This document shows, piece by piece, positions 39,450-53,600 of a stretch of DNA of 59,304 bases (positions are counted from its first letter, which is position 1; each line of letters starts with the position of its first letter). The position numbers were made by a program, and so were the translations under genes. The stretch is from Girardia tigrina (Eukaryota). The notes beneath the pieces are model-generated. The model was not told the origin of the DNA. It worked only from the letters and a program-made list of their open reading frames with translations, and ran no database searches. The DNA is taken from contig MQRK01238736.1 of assembly GCA_001938485.1 (NCBI GenBank), positions 101,680 through 160,983 of the forward strand, given 5' to 3'.

Positions 39450-39850
39450 TTAACCCACTTGTTTATAAAAGGTATGATGATGATAAAGTTCATTAACTTC
39501 AATTTCTAAATAATATGGATTCGATACATTCCAATATAAAATTAGTAGAGAAAGTAGTGCAGAGTACTCTACAATTTCTAGGCTTATTGATCAGCAGAAA
39601 TCTGATTGTTATGAAACTAGAATTTACAGAAAGAAAATTGACACAGGGTTGCACACAACTCCGTTAGTTTCTGTGAATCTAGGTAAAGGGGAACATAATT
39701 AAATGTTTAATATATTGTTCTTGGTTTTTTTCATCAAAATATGTAAAAGCTGATGAAAGTATAAATAAATTAACAAATTTATTATATAAGAATGGGTGGT
39801 TAAAGTCATTATTGAAAAACTGATTCATTATTTTTATTAAACGTTAAATG
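39450..39850 (+). pseudogene. Decayed Penelope-like RT C-terminal fragment
   Basis: FLNNMDSIHSNIKL...LQFLGLLISR...YRKKIDTG (cf. LNSIHPNIKFT...LPFLD...YRKPT). Confidence 0.65.
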
Positions 39851-40094
39851 AGTCAATGGATAATAATAATGAAAATCGTGATAATATCCACGTTCGCTAA
39901 TTAATACTATAGTAGAATTATGATTTCTGTCTGTGTGAAGTTCCTGATGATTAAAGTGCTTCGTTTAAAATTCACCAGACCTGGCGAAACGGGTTCACCC
40001 TAGTATAAATCATAATCCACTTGAATCAAGGTCTATCTTATCAATTCCTTATTCAGAAGATTTTTAACAATTTAAATTATCGATTTTGAAAAAC

Positions 40095-41019
40095 GTAAGT
40101 CCAAATTTTGAGGGGTTAATTTAAATTTACATCTCGCCAAAATAATTTATTATTTTTTTTTAATTTAAAGGTAAAAATATTTTAATGTTAATATGCGTAT
40201 CAAATATTTTAAAAAAAAATTAAAAAAGGATATAATAAAACAACTATGAAAAAAATCAAATACGTACTTAAAAATAAAATATGTTTTTAATGTGTTTTTT
40301 AAAAATATTTCAAAAATTTTGGTGTTACAAAAATGTATCCTGATATTGAGGTTGCAACCACTTCTGACATGGCGACTAACGCTGCAATGTATATCTTCAC
40401 GAGTCAACTGTTACCTGAAAAGTACAGGAAAGGCGATAATGAGGAGACATTTATTGAAGAATGTGAAACATTCTTTAATTTTGCAGGAATAGCGAAGGCC
40501 AAACAAGAGACAATAGTCGTTTGTTTGTTGGAGAGAGATCTGAAAGATCGATACAAAGCGGTAGATAAGACAATAGTAGGTTATAAAGAGCGATTGAGAA
40601 AGGCATTCTCTCGAACTTCCTCACTATTCGAAGACCTGGCTGAGGCATGCCGGTACAGGATGAAGGAAGATATACCGAAAGTATTTTTTGAGAAAGTAGA
40701 AAAGCTCGCAGCCAAGATCCTGAAACATGACTTGTCAAAAGAGGCCCTCGCGGAAGCATTATTGTTACATTGTTGTGATAATGTGGACATAAAAAAGGAA
40801 GTGAGACTTAACAAAGTGAAAGGAATAGATGAGATAAAAGAAAAGATAAAGGCAGTACATGACGTCAAAAGTGTGACAGAAGACGTGAATGTAGTAAGAG
40901 ACCAGAGGATGCAAAACAGACGCCGGAGTTACAGAGAAGCAGTAACAGGAAACAGTAAATACGGACAAAATCAGACAGGGGCTGGTAGAAATACTACTGA
41001 ATACGCTCAAGGCATATAA
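40095..41019 (+). mobile_element. Truncated LTR retrotransposon: LTR ending CA at 40369, PBS TGGCGAC, and open gag capsid-like ORF
   Basis: ORF 40333-41019 (LPEKYRKGDNEETFIEECETFF...YKERLRKAF) aligns by eye with the gag at 38290(-); it ends before any zinc knuckle. Confidence 0.78.
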
Positions 41020-41899
41020 AAAAGGATAATGGTTAATTAATTATTTTTTTCTGAATATTAATTGATGTAAATTTTTATTGTAAAAAGTAAAGTTATAAAA
41101 AAACATTGTTTTGTGTTTTGTCCAATCAACATTATTTTTTTTTATTTTTTTCAATAATTTTTAATTAATACATTAATATTATTAATCTGTAAAACGTCTT
41201 TATTTTTAATAAATTATAATTATATATTTGGAAAGTTTAATTATTTTGTGATTGAAATTTGAATTTGTATTTGAAATTTCAAATTAGCAATTATTTAATA
41301 TTACAACTACTATTGTATTCCTTTTGAAGAATTTTGTACCATTAATGAAATTACAATTAATAATCTATAAACTAATGATTACTTTAAACATCTTCTAGAA
41401 CTGCTAAAGATATATGACGAAGGACGAAAGTTTTGACAATAGGAATGTTAGAAAAAGACTGAACTCCAGATAGGAACGATTTATTTATGCAATAAAAATC
41501 GGTTATCTTCTTTTACATCTGAAAAAATTTTGATAGCCTGTGTTTTGCATTTCGCTCTCATTCCCTTATTGATGACCTCAGCTTTTGGCGTCCCACATAA
41601 CTCTACTGTGTAAAAATATTAATGAAGGAAATAAATTCCTTTTAAATTACATTTTCATTGAGGCCCATGAGAATGATGTGACTGTTTCTTGCATCGTTCC
41701 ATGATGGACTTCACATGAACTTCAATGAGCGATAATTTCAGACGTTAAGAATTTTAGAGTTGCAGTTTATTCCAATATTTGCTTTTTATTGAAAACATTG
41801 CCAAAAATCCAGCCTCACAGTTATAAGATGATGCTAAATGGAGACGTACTTAAAAATTTAAATCACATTAGGCAATACATCTCCTACTCCGTTAGGATT

Positions 41900-42320
41900 G
41901 TGTTCGGATCTCATTTGCTAATATACATGTAATGGATGCAACGCCACACACATTGGAGAGACTTCGCGTCATCTCAGTTAGAGAATCCAGGAACACAGTC
42001 GCAATGAAGGTGGAAATAACATTGCAGGACATAGAAGACATTGTAAAGGAGACATAAATTCACAACACTAGAAAATTCTGTGCCCTCAATTTAAGAATTA
42101 TTATGAGAGAGTGAAATATGAAGCGTTATATGTAAGATCTTTGGATCCTAAAATTAACGTTCAAACTGCATTCTCTACAACTTTGTTGAGAGTTTTCAAA
42201 TGATGTACTGATTACATATTGATTGCATAATCATTAACTGCACTATATAAGTAAATTTCGTTTGAAAAATCATTTGTTCTGACGATAACGGTTAGAGCGT
42301 TGAAATTGATAAATTTTATT
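41900..42320 (+). mobile_element. Penelope-like element 3' end: GIY-YIG remnant plus hammerhead motif
   Basis: YTCNGCNATHIGETSRHL and EALYVRSLDPKINVQ; CTGACGA-T-AACG-loop-CGTT-GAAA at 42279-42305. Confidence 0.8.
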
Positions 42321-44309
42321 TTGCGTCAAATATTTTTATTTGGATATTTGCCAATTTTATTTAAATTTTTCTACAATAAAATTGAACTTAAATGGTATTT
42401 TTATTTAATTAATTTCTTTAAACATTATAAAATTAAATAACTTATTAAAATTATTGACAAAACAAATAAAATTACTGAAAATGATCAAAGATTGTGATTG
42501 AAACATATTATATATTTTAAACATTCTATATACATTTTTAGTTAAAATAAAGTTAGTACAAAGTTGTAAATATTCCATTGCGTACTCATAAATTTTTCAA
42601 GGGTAAATTGGGCTATTAATTTGTTTGGAAGTACAATTTCTATTTATTCACTTATAAAAATTTTGTAAAAAGATTTTCGGATAATTCAAAATTGTCCTAC
42701 AACATGAATTTATTTCTTTTGATAATTTTACAAATGTAATTACATTTACTGAAAATTAATTTATTCATTATTAATATTTTTATTTAGGAATTTTAATTTG
42801 TTCAACTTAATTAACAGTAAAAAATATTGTATTTAAAATACAACATTCTTTTAAAAATTCTTTTTGTCTTGACTATCTCTAGATTAAAGAGAACATAAAA
42901 AATAAGTTTTTTTCGGAATTTGACTGTAGTTACATATAATTGAAATTTAAAAGATCAATAACATTTTACAGTTTTACAAAAAATATAATTTTTAACTGAA
43001 TTATTTCCAGCAAACAGCTCATTCCAATACTTTGAAAAATGTTAAAACAATCGTTGATGTAAAGTTAGTCGCAAATAATTCAATAAATACTGATGGTGGC
43101 TGTACCATGATTGCGTCGGGAATATTTAAGAAGGGAACAGAAATGTATCTTTATCCATAAAATGCCTATAAATATTTTATGAATTAAAATGACTTTAATC
43201 ACATATCCCACGTTGAGTTACAAATTCCCGCTTTTTACAATTGATGATTCCAACGTTATAAATAAAACACAGTAATATCACATCCTATGTAACCCTATTT
43301 TAAGACAAACGAGCATACGCCAGTTGAACAGGACAGTCGCTTTCGGATGCTGCGACACCCTCAAACTCAAAGTCTTTAAATCATGTCGATCTAGGAATGG
43401 CTTTTAAAGGCCACACCTTGTATGATCTAGAGAACCTCCTGAACTCTGCTTTTGTAATTCAAATGTTGTAGCGATGCGTCGATTACATCTCAACATTCTC
43501 ATTCTCTTCGTGATGAAGTAAAAGATCAAGCAAAAGAACTGGTGCAATAGATCATTCTTTCTACTTTCAATTGATTAACCGATAGCACCCTGTCTCTGTC
43601 TCCCGATTTCACCGTGACATGAATTTGTATATGTACGATGGATTTACGTACAACGCAACCTTGAATTTGCAACACCATTCTCTGAGGTTTCCAGACCCAT
43701 CGAAGAGACGGTCTTATTTTTCTATTGTATGACGAGCTATTGCAATTTAGTTAAATATCACACGTTGAGTTACAATTCACTGTTTAAACAAATGTTAATT
43801 ACAAGATTATAAATAACATCCATTCATATTATATCACATTAATAAGGACTGGAGCGAATGAGACATAAATTTCTTTATTAATATTCCAAATTTGTTAACA
43901 AATTGAGCATGAAAATGTGAGCAATTGTGTGATCCATAATGATAAATTATATTTAAATTAAGACTTTTTAGCTCAATATTTTTTATATTGCTTGCATTAG
44001 ATATTACTCATTGAAAATGTAATATTTATTGAATTATTGAAGTTCCAAATTGATATATCTCTACAAATCTGTTTAAAATATTTTAATAACAATGATTTTT
44101 GTTTAGACAAAATAAATAAACATATTTATTAATTCAAACATTTTTCATATATTTCTATTTTTAAAACAATTAACTAATTTTCCTATACGAAATATGTTTT
44201 TTACAGTAAATGGTATAACATAATATTATATTCTCGTAAAAGAAAATAAGTTCGTCGTTTCAAAAATAAAACTGTGTTAAACAGAGCTCATATAAAGGAT
44301 GAATTGACA

Positions 44310-44355
<46 letters not shown>

Positions 44356-44499
44356 TATAAAACAAAAAACGAATAAAAATTATTACACATTGTCATTCAA
44401 TTGTAAAGAGAAAAAGAGAGAATGATTGATTGATATAAATAATAATTATAACAATATAATAATAATAATAATAATTGAATCCTGAACAGAGGGATTTAT

Positions 44500-44800
44500 G
44501 TTGCAGTTCATTAAAAGCATTTTAAGGTGGACATTAAATATGAAGATGTTAAAATTCTGGGAAGCTAATTTAAATATTAATTGGAGAAAGTGACACGTGA
44601 AACGTTTGATATAAGATCCTTTGATACTAAAATTAACATTAAAACTACATTCTCTACAAGTTTTTGAATGTTTTAAAATGGTGTACTGATGACGTATTGA
44701 TTATATACCATTAATTGCACTATACAAGTAGAACTCTTTTTAATAATCAACTGTTATGAAGATGACGGCCTATCCGCCAAAATTAATAAAAATGAAAAAA
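44500..44800 (+). mobile_element. Second Penelope-like 3' end copy
   Basis: Clear nucleotide similarity to 42100-42320; degenerate hammerhead at 44756-44788. Confidence 0.7.
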
Positions 44801-44811
44801 TCTGTTTTTTT

Positions 44812-45829
44812 GCGTTACAAATTACCGCTTTAAACAACTGATGATTCCAACGTTATAAATAAAACACAGTACTATGACATCTTACTCAACCCTAATTTAA
44901 TACGAGAATACGTCAGTTGAACAGGACAGTTTCTTTTATGAAGATGATAAAAAAATGAAGGTGAATGAACAACAAAAAAAGAATGCTCAGGGAGACCATT
45001 GTCAGAAACAACAGACTAGAAAAAGGGCTGGGGAGGAAACAGCTGCATAATGAATATAGGAATTTTTGCATTACAGGAATCGCTAATCTGGCAGAAATCA
45101 TCGTAAATGCAGCATACCAAGTTGTAACGGAGAAATTAAAAATGAAATGCGTCTACACCAGGTGGATTCTTCATCAATTAACAGAAAATTACAAGACCAA
45201 GAGAGTGTAGAAAGCACAACACTTGCTTTAAAATCTGAATAGTTACATTGTAGTTGTCGATGATAAGTGAGTGTAAAGTGATCCCTGTGGGTAAAACAAT
45301 GATTGAGTGAGAGCAGACAGCGACCGGCCAACGATTGCAAACCAGAAATTACACATACTTGTGACCTGTAATTTTTGTGGTGATTTTAGTTTCAAAGTTT
45401 TCGAGAGAAATCAAACCTTTAACGCTGAAAGTTATGTGGATTTCCTGCCGACGATCGGAAAAACCGTTAGAAAAGGACGTCTGCATCTCATGCACGATAA
45501 TACCCGTTCACATACGTCTGTCTGGACGCAGACCCTTTATGAGCGAAATGGAATTACTCTTGTCAAACAAGACATGAATCTCTTGGAACAGTTCGTGTTC
45601 TGAAATCTGAAATTGGACATATGCATAGTCCATTTTTTGAACAAGGATGCCCTAACAAGAGCGCTGGATCGTTCCAAACACCATCTGTAAGAGGCAATTG
45701 ATATTGACGGGAACTATGTATAATTCCGTTTTTGTTTAAAATTACATTTCTGTCTTACTATTGGAGATTATATCATATACCGGTATATATAGAAGAGATT
45801 ATGAAAAACGCTATTTTTATAACACCCTA
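44812..45829 (+). mobile_element. Decayed mariner/Tc1-superfamily element
   Basis: RWILHQLT (WVPHEL-like), LMHDNTRSH and terminal DGNYV*. The 5' region is repeated at 43203-43340 and partly at 43755-43820. Confidence 0.75.
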
Positions 45830-46394
45830 TATATACACATATATGATTTTGATAAAAATCCAACACCATTTACAATAGAACAAATTATTAAGGAAATGTC
45901 AACAAAATAAAAAGCGACTTAAGTTTCTCTCTCGTTCGATGAGTAAACTCATTATCCCGAAACAAATGAGTATTTTTGAAGGAACATGAAAATTTGTATA
46001 ACGCATTTGTGGGTTATAACATGGACATCATTTGAATCTGAAAGAGCTTTTCTGCAACTATAATTTTCATCACAAAACTTCAGTCATTGTTTAGCGATAT
46101 CGGCATTTGATTGCTTTTATTTTTTTAAAAAAATATTATAAAAAATAATGTCTTTATTACTTATTACATCTTGAACAAGAAAACATTTTTTGTGCTAAAA
46201 TAAGGTAAACATAAAATATCGTTATATTTACTGGTAGATATTATAAATTTGTATCAACTATGTTAACAATAAATTATTTTAAAATACTAGGCTAACAATA
46301 ACAGGAAGTCCAGGTCTCCTTGTAAAAATCTTTTTATCGAGATATCCATGGAATTTGATGTTGACAAGAATCCCTAACTCCAACGCTTACATCT

Positions 46395-47249
46395 AACGGA
46401 TAACATCAAATAGTAGGTGGACATAAAATAGTAGGTGTAATGAAGTTTTCAAAAAATTTCCCACCTACTATTAAAATAGTAGGTGGAATCAAATAGCACA
46501 AGATAAAGCATGGGTTAATCAAGAAATCCTTATTAAATGGATTAACTTGATGTTTCCGAGTGTGGATTATTCTGAAGGGAAATGTATAGTATGGGATTCG
46601 TGTAGAGCTCANNNNNNNNNNNNNNNNNNNNNNNNNNNNNNNNNNNNNNNNNNNNNNNNNNNNNNNNNNNNNNNNNNNNNNNNNNNNNNNNNNNNNNNNN
46701 NNNNNNNNNNNNNNNNNNNNNNNNNNNNNNNNNNNNNNNNNNNNNNNNNNNNNNNNNNNNNNNNNNNNNNNNNNNNNNNNNNNNNNNNNNNNNNNNNNNN
46801 NNNNNNNNNNNNNNNNNNNNNNNNNNNNNNNNNNNNNNNNNNNNNNNNNNNNNNNNNNNNNNNNNNNNNNNNNNNNNNNNNNNNNNNNNNNNNNNNNNNN
46901 NNNNNNNNNNNNNNNNNNNNNNNNNNNNNNNNNNNNNNNNNNNNNNNNNNNNNNNNNNNNNNNNNNNNNNNNNNNNNNNNNNNNNNNNNNNNNNNNNNNN
47001 NNNNNNNNNNNNNNNNNNNNNNNNNNNNNNNNNNNNNNNNNNNNNNNNNNNNNNNNNNNNNNNNNNNNNNNNNNNNNNNNNNNNNNNNNNNNNNNNNNNN
47101 NNNNNNNNNNNNNNNNNNNNNNNNNNNNNNNNNNGTTCAAAACAAAAGCACCAAATAGTAGGTGTAAACCAATATTGGGCGCCTTTTCAATTTTTTTTCC
47201 ACCTACTATTAAAATAGTAGGTGTCCTAATATTTCATGTTATCCGTTAA
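46395..47249. mobile_element. TIR element (TAACGGATAACAT ends, AAATAGTAGGTG subrepeats) containing a pogo DDE fragment and a gap
   Basis: Inverted ends TAACGGATAACAT / ATGTTATCCGTTA; CIVWDSCRA at ~46580-46610 resembles the pogo LLVWDSFRAH motif. Confidence 0.6.
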
Positions 47250-48956
47250 TTTATGTAAACACTTTCTAACATTAAAAAATGTCTGAGGAAATTCCTTCCG
47301 TGAAATTTTTTATATTACCATATTTTCCGGTAGATAACGTTATCTATACAAAAATGTTAAATTTTGTCAAAATATGAACTGTGAATCCTGTACTGGTGCT
47401 AACGATGTATACCTCTTAGATATACCACCATGCCTGATATGCGCGTTATCTATACATAAAAAGGGATGCCAAAAACTAAGAGCTGCGCCTTATACAATAG
47501 ATGCGCGTTATATACCGTAAAATACGGTACTTTGGTCTTAATAAATATTTTTCAATTTAAAAAAATTAGAAATATAAAATTTTATCAAACGGAGAAACTC
47601 ATTTCTATGGAAACATTAAACTGTACAATGAAGGTCTAGTGGTTTGTTTTAAAGATTAATAATAATTGTTATACATTACAAGACACCGGCTTTCTTTACA
47701 CATTCTTTACAAATGTGATGTTTTTTTTATTTGTATCACTCTTGTTTACTTGTTTTTTTATTTGGTACGTGTGTTGATCATTGCTGTTGATCATTTGTTT
47801 ATTTATTTCTTTAGTTTTTGTTTTGGGTTGTTGTTGACATTTATTTTTATATTTTTTTTAATTTACACTGAGTCATATTTAACATCCTTGAAGAATATAA
47901 ATAAAAGATAATCATTGCTTACCGTGTAATTTCAAGAAATTATAATAGAACGTTTAAAGCAAAGATAAAAAAAATATTGAAAATAAATCTCCTCCAAAGA
48001 AAGTCAATTATCAATCCTATTCAAAATACCAATTCCTTGCGGAAATCCGAAAATGAAATATTGTCATTAACATTTTTGATTTTGAATTTAAAAGTTTAAT
48101 TTAAAATCAATGACAAAACAATAATTATTATATCAACAGAAATAATTAATCTTGATCATTTCCCGGTTTGGCTGATTAATTAGTGGAGTGACTTCCCAGT
48201 TATGCTTTCGTACCAATCATCAACTATTTTCACAACGTTTGAATAGACTCTTAATCAACCATTGAAATACCTATATCGTACCCGTACTGTAAATATTATT
48301 CCCTACGAATTTGTGAGTAATTGTTGTGGTGATTAAACCGTTAATTGTTGAAAACTAGACTCATTTTTTTGTTTATTTGTTGATTTATTTTTTTAATTCA
48401 TTCTAAACAGGTTCGTCAATCAATTCTTAGTTTGGCTAACCTGGTTAGTCTCATCTTGTACTAGAGTAAAAAAAGTAACAAATACTTTTTTTGCATATAC
48501 GTTATTCGAATTGGTTATTTATTTATTTTTTACAATAATTAAATTAATAATAATTAAATCATAAATAAATAAAAAATTTTCCTAAAAGAAAATATTTTCT
48601 TGCAAATGTTTCAAAAGAAAAAGAATTTCGTGCCAATTTTATTAGAAAAAAATTATATTTCGTTAAAATAAATTTGAACATTTATTCAATACAAAAGTAT
48701 TTTATAATTAATCTTTCATCCACTTTGATTAACGATTGATGTTTAATTTTCATTTAATTACTCAGCAACATAAAAAAAGGATGAAACAAAAATAATTTGG
48801 TTTTCAATTTAAAAAATTGTCCTGTTTTAATGTTCAATAATTATTCTCATCGAAATACCAAAACCGGAAAATTGTTTCCAAATTGATGTCAAAACAAAAA
48901 AGATTATTTATAATAATTATGTAGATAAATAATTTGAATTTGTTAATGATGATTAC

Positions 48957-49052
48957 CTTGCTCAGAATGATTTCCGGGGCCAAATATTCTGGAGTTCCAC
49001 ACAAAGTCCAGGTCCTTCCTTTGACACGTTTGGCGAATCCAAAATCTGTAAC
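48957..49052 (-). CDS. PKA-C: PKA catalytic subunit exon, activation segment (96 bp)
   Basis: AG/GT bounded; [32 protein letters not shown]. Confidence 0.98.
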
Positions 49053-49217
49053 CTGAATAATATGACAGAGTTTCACTAAAATATTTTATGTGTTTAGATT
49101 ATCGTAAAATATCAAATTAATTCATCTATAATACAAATAAGTATTTATTGTTTATAATTTAAAATGTTATATAAAAATTATTTAACGTACCCAAATACTT
49201 ATGTTTTGGGAAGTATT

Positions 49218-49501
49218 CAGTGCTCGAAGTGGGAAAAAAGAAGTGCCGGTATGCGGAAACCGGCCATACAGTTATTTTGCTCCTCCGTTGCCCAACGCCA
49301 ACACCCTGACGTCAACTTCCACACCCCCTCCCGATTTTTTAATATATTTAAAAAAACAGTGGTTTCTTTTCCTTTCCGCTCACCCAAAATTGTATACAAA
49401 TCATACTGCCTTAAAATCAAATAAGTGCCGGTATGTCATACCGCCTCGAAAACAAGTGGCGGTATGGCATACCGGAACATCCCGGCTCACTTCGAGCCCT
49501 G
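49218..49501. mobile_element. hAT-type MITE (284 bp)
   Basis: TIRs CAGTGCTCGAAGTG / CACTTCGAGCCCTG; 8-bp TSD GAAGTATT / GATGTATT; three AAGTG(C/G)CGGTATG subterminal repeats. Confidence 0.88.
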
Positions 49502-50361
49502 GATGTATTGATGATTGAAGATAGTTTTTACTACTTTCAATTAAAAAACGTATTTTTCCATTAGGTACAAAAACAAATAATATAAGATGTATTCTTAAAC
49601 TAACAAAAATATGGAGGTAAATTTTCGAATATTTTTCTCCAATCAGTTATTATATTTTATTGTTTTGGTAAAGTTTACTCTTGGGAATGTGTACCAAAAG
49701 ACCGTAACTTGTAGAATGAATCTTTGGTGCAACCATGATTTAATTTGGTTTCAAGGTCTTCACAGATTCTAAGCAAATGTTTTTAGTTTATATTTTCAAA
49801 GTTTTTAATGTTTTACATAAATTTATAAATGGATTAAAGTTTTTGCATTTGTTGAAAGAGTTCATTGACGAACGTATTATCAGTGTCAAGTATTGAGAAA
49901 TAAAAATTCAAGTTAAATCTCTCATTTGCCTTTTCAATAAAATTATTTTGTCCTTCACATGATTCTTTTCTTTATAATCACCTTCTGTCTGTTTCAGACT
50001 CAAATTACAGGGGAAAATTGACTTTTTTGTAAAATTCTTTAGATTTTTCAAATAGCTTTTGTAGTTCGATATTATTGTTAATAAAGACACTGTTTTCATT
50101 AATGATGTTCTGATTCTCGTTCTTATTCAAATATAAATAATAATCCGTTCATTGATCGAATTTGATCGGTAATTCGTATAATTCTGGAAGATCTGTAAAA
50201 AACACAGAAGTTTTCAAAACCTTTTTAGTGCGGGGGCTGTATCGTTTATAGTATGTATTTTAATCGGTTTTAAGACCGTTTTTATACACAATACGTTTTT
50301 ATCAATAAAAATATTTTAAATCAAAGACTAAAATTGAATTTTAAAGCGAAACAAGCATATA

Positions 50362-50498
50362 CAGTGAAGGCCGTTTATAGTGGCCGCAATGATGTACTCT
50401 GACTTTGATTTAAAAACAGAACTAGGGATATAATGGCCATCCGGTTATAGTAGCCAAATCAAGCTAGCGAATTTGACCACTATAAGCGGCTGTTACTG
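50362..50498. mobile_element. Tc1/pogo-type MITE (137 bp)
   Basis: TIRs CAGTGAAGGCCGTTTATAGTGG / CCACTATAAGCGGCTGTTACTG with TA flanks; a related end occurs at ~6780. Confidence 0.8.
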
Positions 50499-50702
50499 TA
50501 TTTATTTTTCAAATATTTATTTATGATATTTTAAAAGTTCAGCTAGAAAATTTGGTTGTCCTAATGGTTCTGAAAGTGTCATTTTACCACAAGATACAGT
50601 AAATGTGTCATTCTCAGCAACCGTGACCCGAAAAATGTTGATTTTTTATTATTAATTCGTTAATACTAAAAATATTTTTGAAATATAAAAATTAATCAAT
50701 TA

Positions 50703-51316
50703 CAGCTGTGGACAAAAGTCTGTTGACTCTCACATTTTAGCACAATATATTTGATAAATTTATGACATTTACAGCAGAATAGTTATAACATTTAAATAAT
50801 GTAACGGGTGTATNNNNNNNNNNNNNNNNNNNNNNNNNNNNNNNNNNNNNNNNNNNNNNNNNNNNNNNNNNNNNNNNNNNNNNNNNNNNNNNNNNNNNNN
50901 NNNNNNNNNNNNNNNNNNNNNNNNNNNNNNNNNNNNNNNNNNNNNNNNNNNNNNNNNNNNNNCTTCAATGACTTCCTTCAAATTCTCAAAACTTGTTGGG
51001 CGGTGGGCAGCAACCTTGGCCTTCATAATATGCCACAAATTTTCCAAAGGATTCAATTCTGGACTATTTCCTGGCCATGGTTAGAGGATTTCGATACCTT
51101 GACTTGCTAACCAGCGTTTGACTAAGACTGCTTGGTGGCAAGGAGCACCATCATGCATGAATATTTTTGTTCCTCGAATATTCATCATGGGTTGTAGCCT
51201 TTCTTTCAACACATTTAAATAATTTTCACTTCTCATGGTGGTGTTTGGAGGCAACTTTTTTTTGTGCACTTAATGTGTAGAAAATGTGAAAGTCAACAGA
51301 CTTTTGTCCACAGCTG
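50703..51316 (-). mobile_element. Internally deleted Tc1 (DD34E) element
   Basis: Near-perfect ~36-bp TIRs CAGCTGTGGACAAAAGTCTGTTGACT(C/T)TCACATTTT with TA flanks; FMHDGAPCH...WPGNSPELNPLENLW. Confidence 0.93.
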
Positions 51317-53600
51317 TATATCAATTTGAAATCAAAAAATTATTTTTTTATAAATATAGAAATAATTTTGTTTTAAATAACTACAAACAAACTAAAATAC
51401 TTGGTATATTATGAATATCATTAAATCAGAGAAAGAAAAGGACCAAATGATTTATTTCAAGCGAGAGTGTACCAAAAGACTGAGGAAAGAAACTAATAGG
51501 ACAGCACTGAATATTACTAATCACATTCCTGCTCCTGACAATTCTGAGAATGAATCTGAAAAAAATCGAATCAAATATACTCGAACGCACTGTAAACAGA
51601 GTTGAAAAATCTAGCCAAATTATTTTGAACATCATAACATGAGTTTTACTGGAAGCAGTTCACCTTCTGCCGTCCATTATATTATTTTTTAAAAAGTTAC
51701 TCATTATTTATATAATCCCTTTTTAGTGCATTTGTCGTGGTATCCTCAACAATATTGGTTAAAGCGTCATAAATATTACTTATCTCATAGGGATCAACTG
51801 TGCGACCAGGCAGACATACTTCCACGTAGTGTCCATGAGAAACTAGATTTGGTATAATTCCGTCTCTAGGCTAAAGTATCTGAAAAGCTAGCCGATTTAT
51901 TGCTGAACAGCCGACAATATATTGTATTTTGTGATGGGCTAGCAATCCATCAACTAGGCTTAGCTATACAATCTGGATGTGGAGGTTGTGAGGAGTAGTG
52001 ACCTCGCGATCGATGGTAGGATTGCAGCGTAATGATCTAGGATGAATAAATCCTGGTGAACACTGTTGCAATGATGTCGGTTAACTGGCTTAGCTAAGGC
52101 ATGGATCCCTACATAGGGGGAGTGCCCGTTGAGAACCGTCAGTGTCCCAGGCCTCCTAAAAAGCCTCAGGCTTAATACCGTAAAGGAGTAGAGGTGCACT
52201 TATGTCATACCGATTTGGTTTCAGTGCATCAATTCTACGTTTCTATCTTGTCTAACTGAACGGTTTAACTGTCAAGGACCTAATAGTTTTCATCGGAATA
52301 TTCAATCTTCGGTTTGAGGTAGAGAAAAATACATATTTTATTCATAATGACTCAAATAAGGTCACTGCATGTAAACTACAATTAGTAGCATCGCTTTAAA
52401 CTATGTTTAGACAATGCGCATAAGAAGGCACAATAAAGTACCTTCCTTCTGGTACCATGATTTACATTTAAAATTCGATTCTAAATTTTATTTTCCTTTC
52501 ATATTGCTCTCGCTATCGTCATCTTGACCGCGTATTCAAAATATGTTTTTAATTCTTATAAAGTTGTTTCCACCCTATTCGGATAGGACGAAGATTCAAA
52601 TTGAACAAAACATTAATATTTTTCTTGATGAAAACTTTGGTATTATAATTGTCTGAACTTTTATATATATCCACAAACGGAATAATTTTTTTGATTTTTT
52701 TCCTAAATAACAAAATGTATACCATTGTTATCTACTTTGTGAAATTATTTTTGAAAAAAGGAATCAAAAATTGATAGATATTCTAGGAATTTCCAAAAGT
52801 TATCTTTGTTAAGAATAAATAGTTTTTCGCTGCACCTACCTATGCTACCGAAAGCCAAGTTCTTTTGAACTAATACACGAATATAAAACGAGCTAATAAT
52901 TCAAACTCTTCCCATACATGAAAATATTCCGTGTTTTGTATTTTACTGATGTGATATTAGAATAACATAAAAAATTTCTGATCTTTTCAACCATCATAAA
53001 TATGCGGATCAGCAAACGAAACATATCGAACTTTTTTAGTCTTTGAAAACTTTGTGCTACTTCTATCGGATAGAAATTATTATACACTTTTTGCGATAAA
53101 TTTTCCAGAATTCAGTCTTTCTTTGACAAGAAGCCAGACTACATCTTATTAGTAAATATTTATATTTGCTTCATGATATCCTTGTAGATTCTTAATGATC
53201 TTCAGTTATTATTTCAAAATGACGTCTTTATAGAAACATAGAATCTCTTGAGATGGATTTTCAACATTTTCATCGATACGGAAAATGTACTGTTTGAAAA
53301 CGTTATTGAATGATGAATGTTGGGTTCGTTATCAACGATATGGTTCATAACACACATTTATTTTAAACTATTTTATTTTAAAATGTATAATATATTAAAT
53401 GTATAATATAAATATAATATATTTAAAATGTATAATGTATAATATAAACTTTATTTTGATTTTTTAGATATAATAATTTTTTAAAACTAAACATCTTTTA
53501 AAATTTGTTTTTAATATTTTCTTTACGGTCACCTCAAGTGTTGACATTTTTGAAGACTCTGAGCCACCAAAGATTTTTAAGGTTCAAACTCAACCATATG

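Noticed and set aside
39900-40004. Helitron-like 3' hairpin plus CTAG; another GC hairpin at ~59054-59075
   Set aside because: Plausible, but no matching 5' end or second copy in the window.
40359-40369. CACTTCTGACA matching the tRNA-Leu 3' end
   Set aside because: No cloverleaf upstream; it is the LTR terminus followed by a TGGCGAC PBS.
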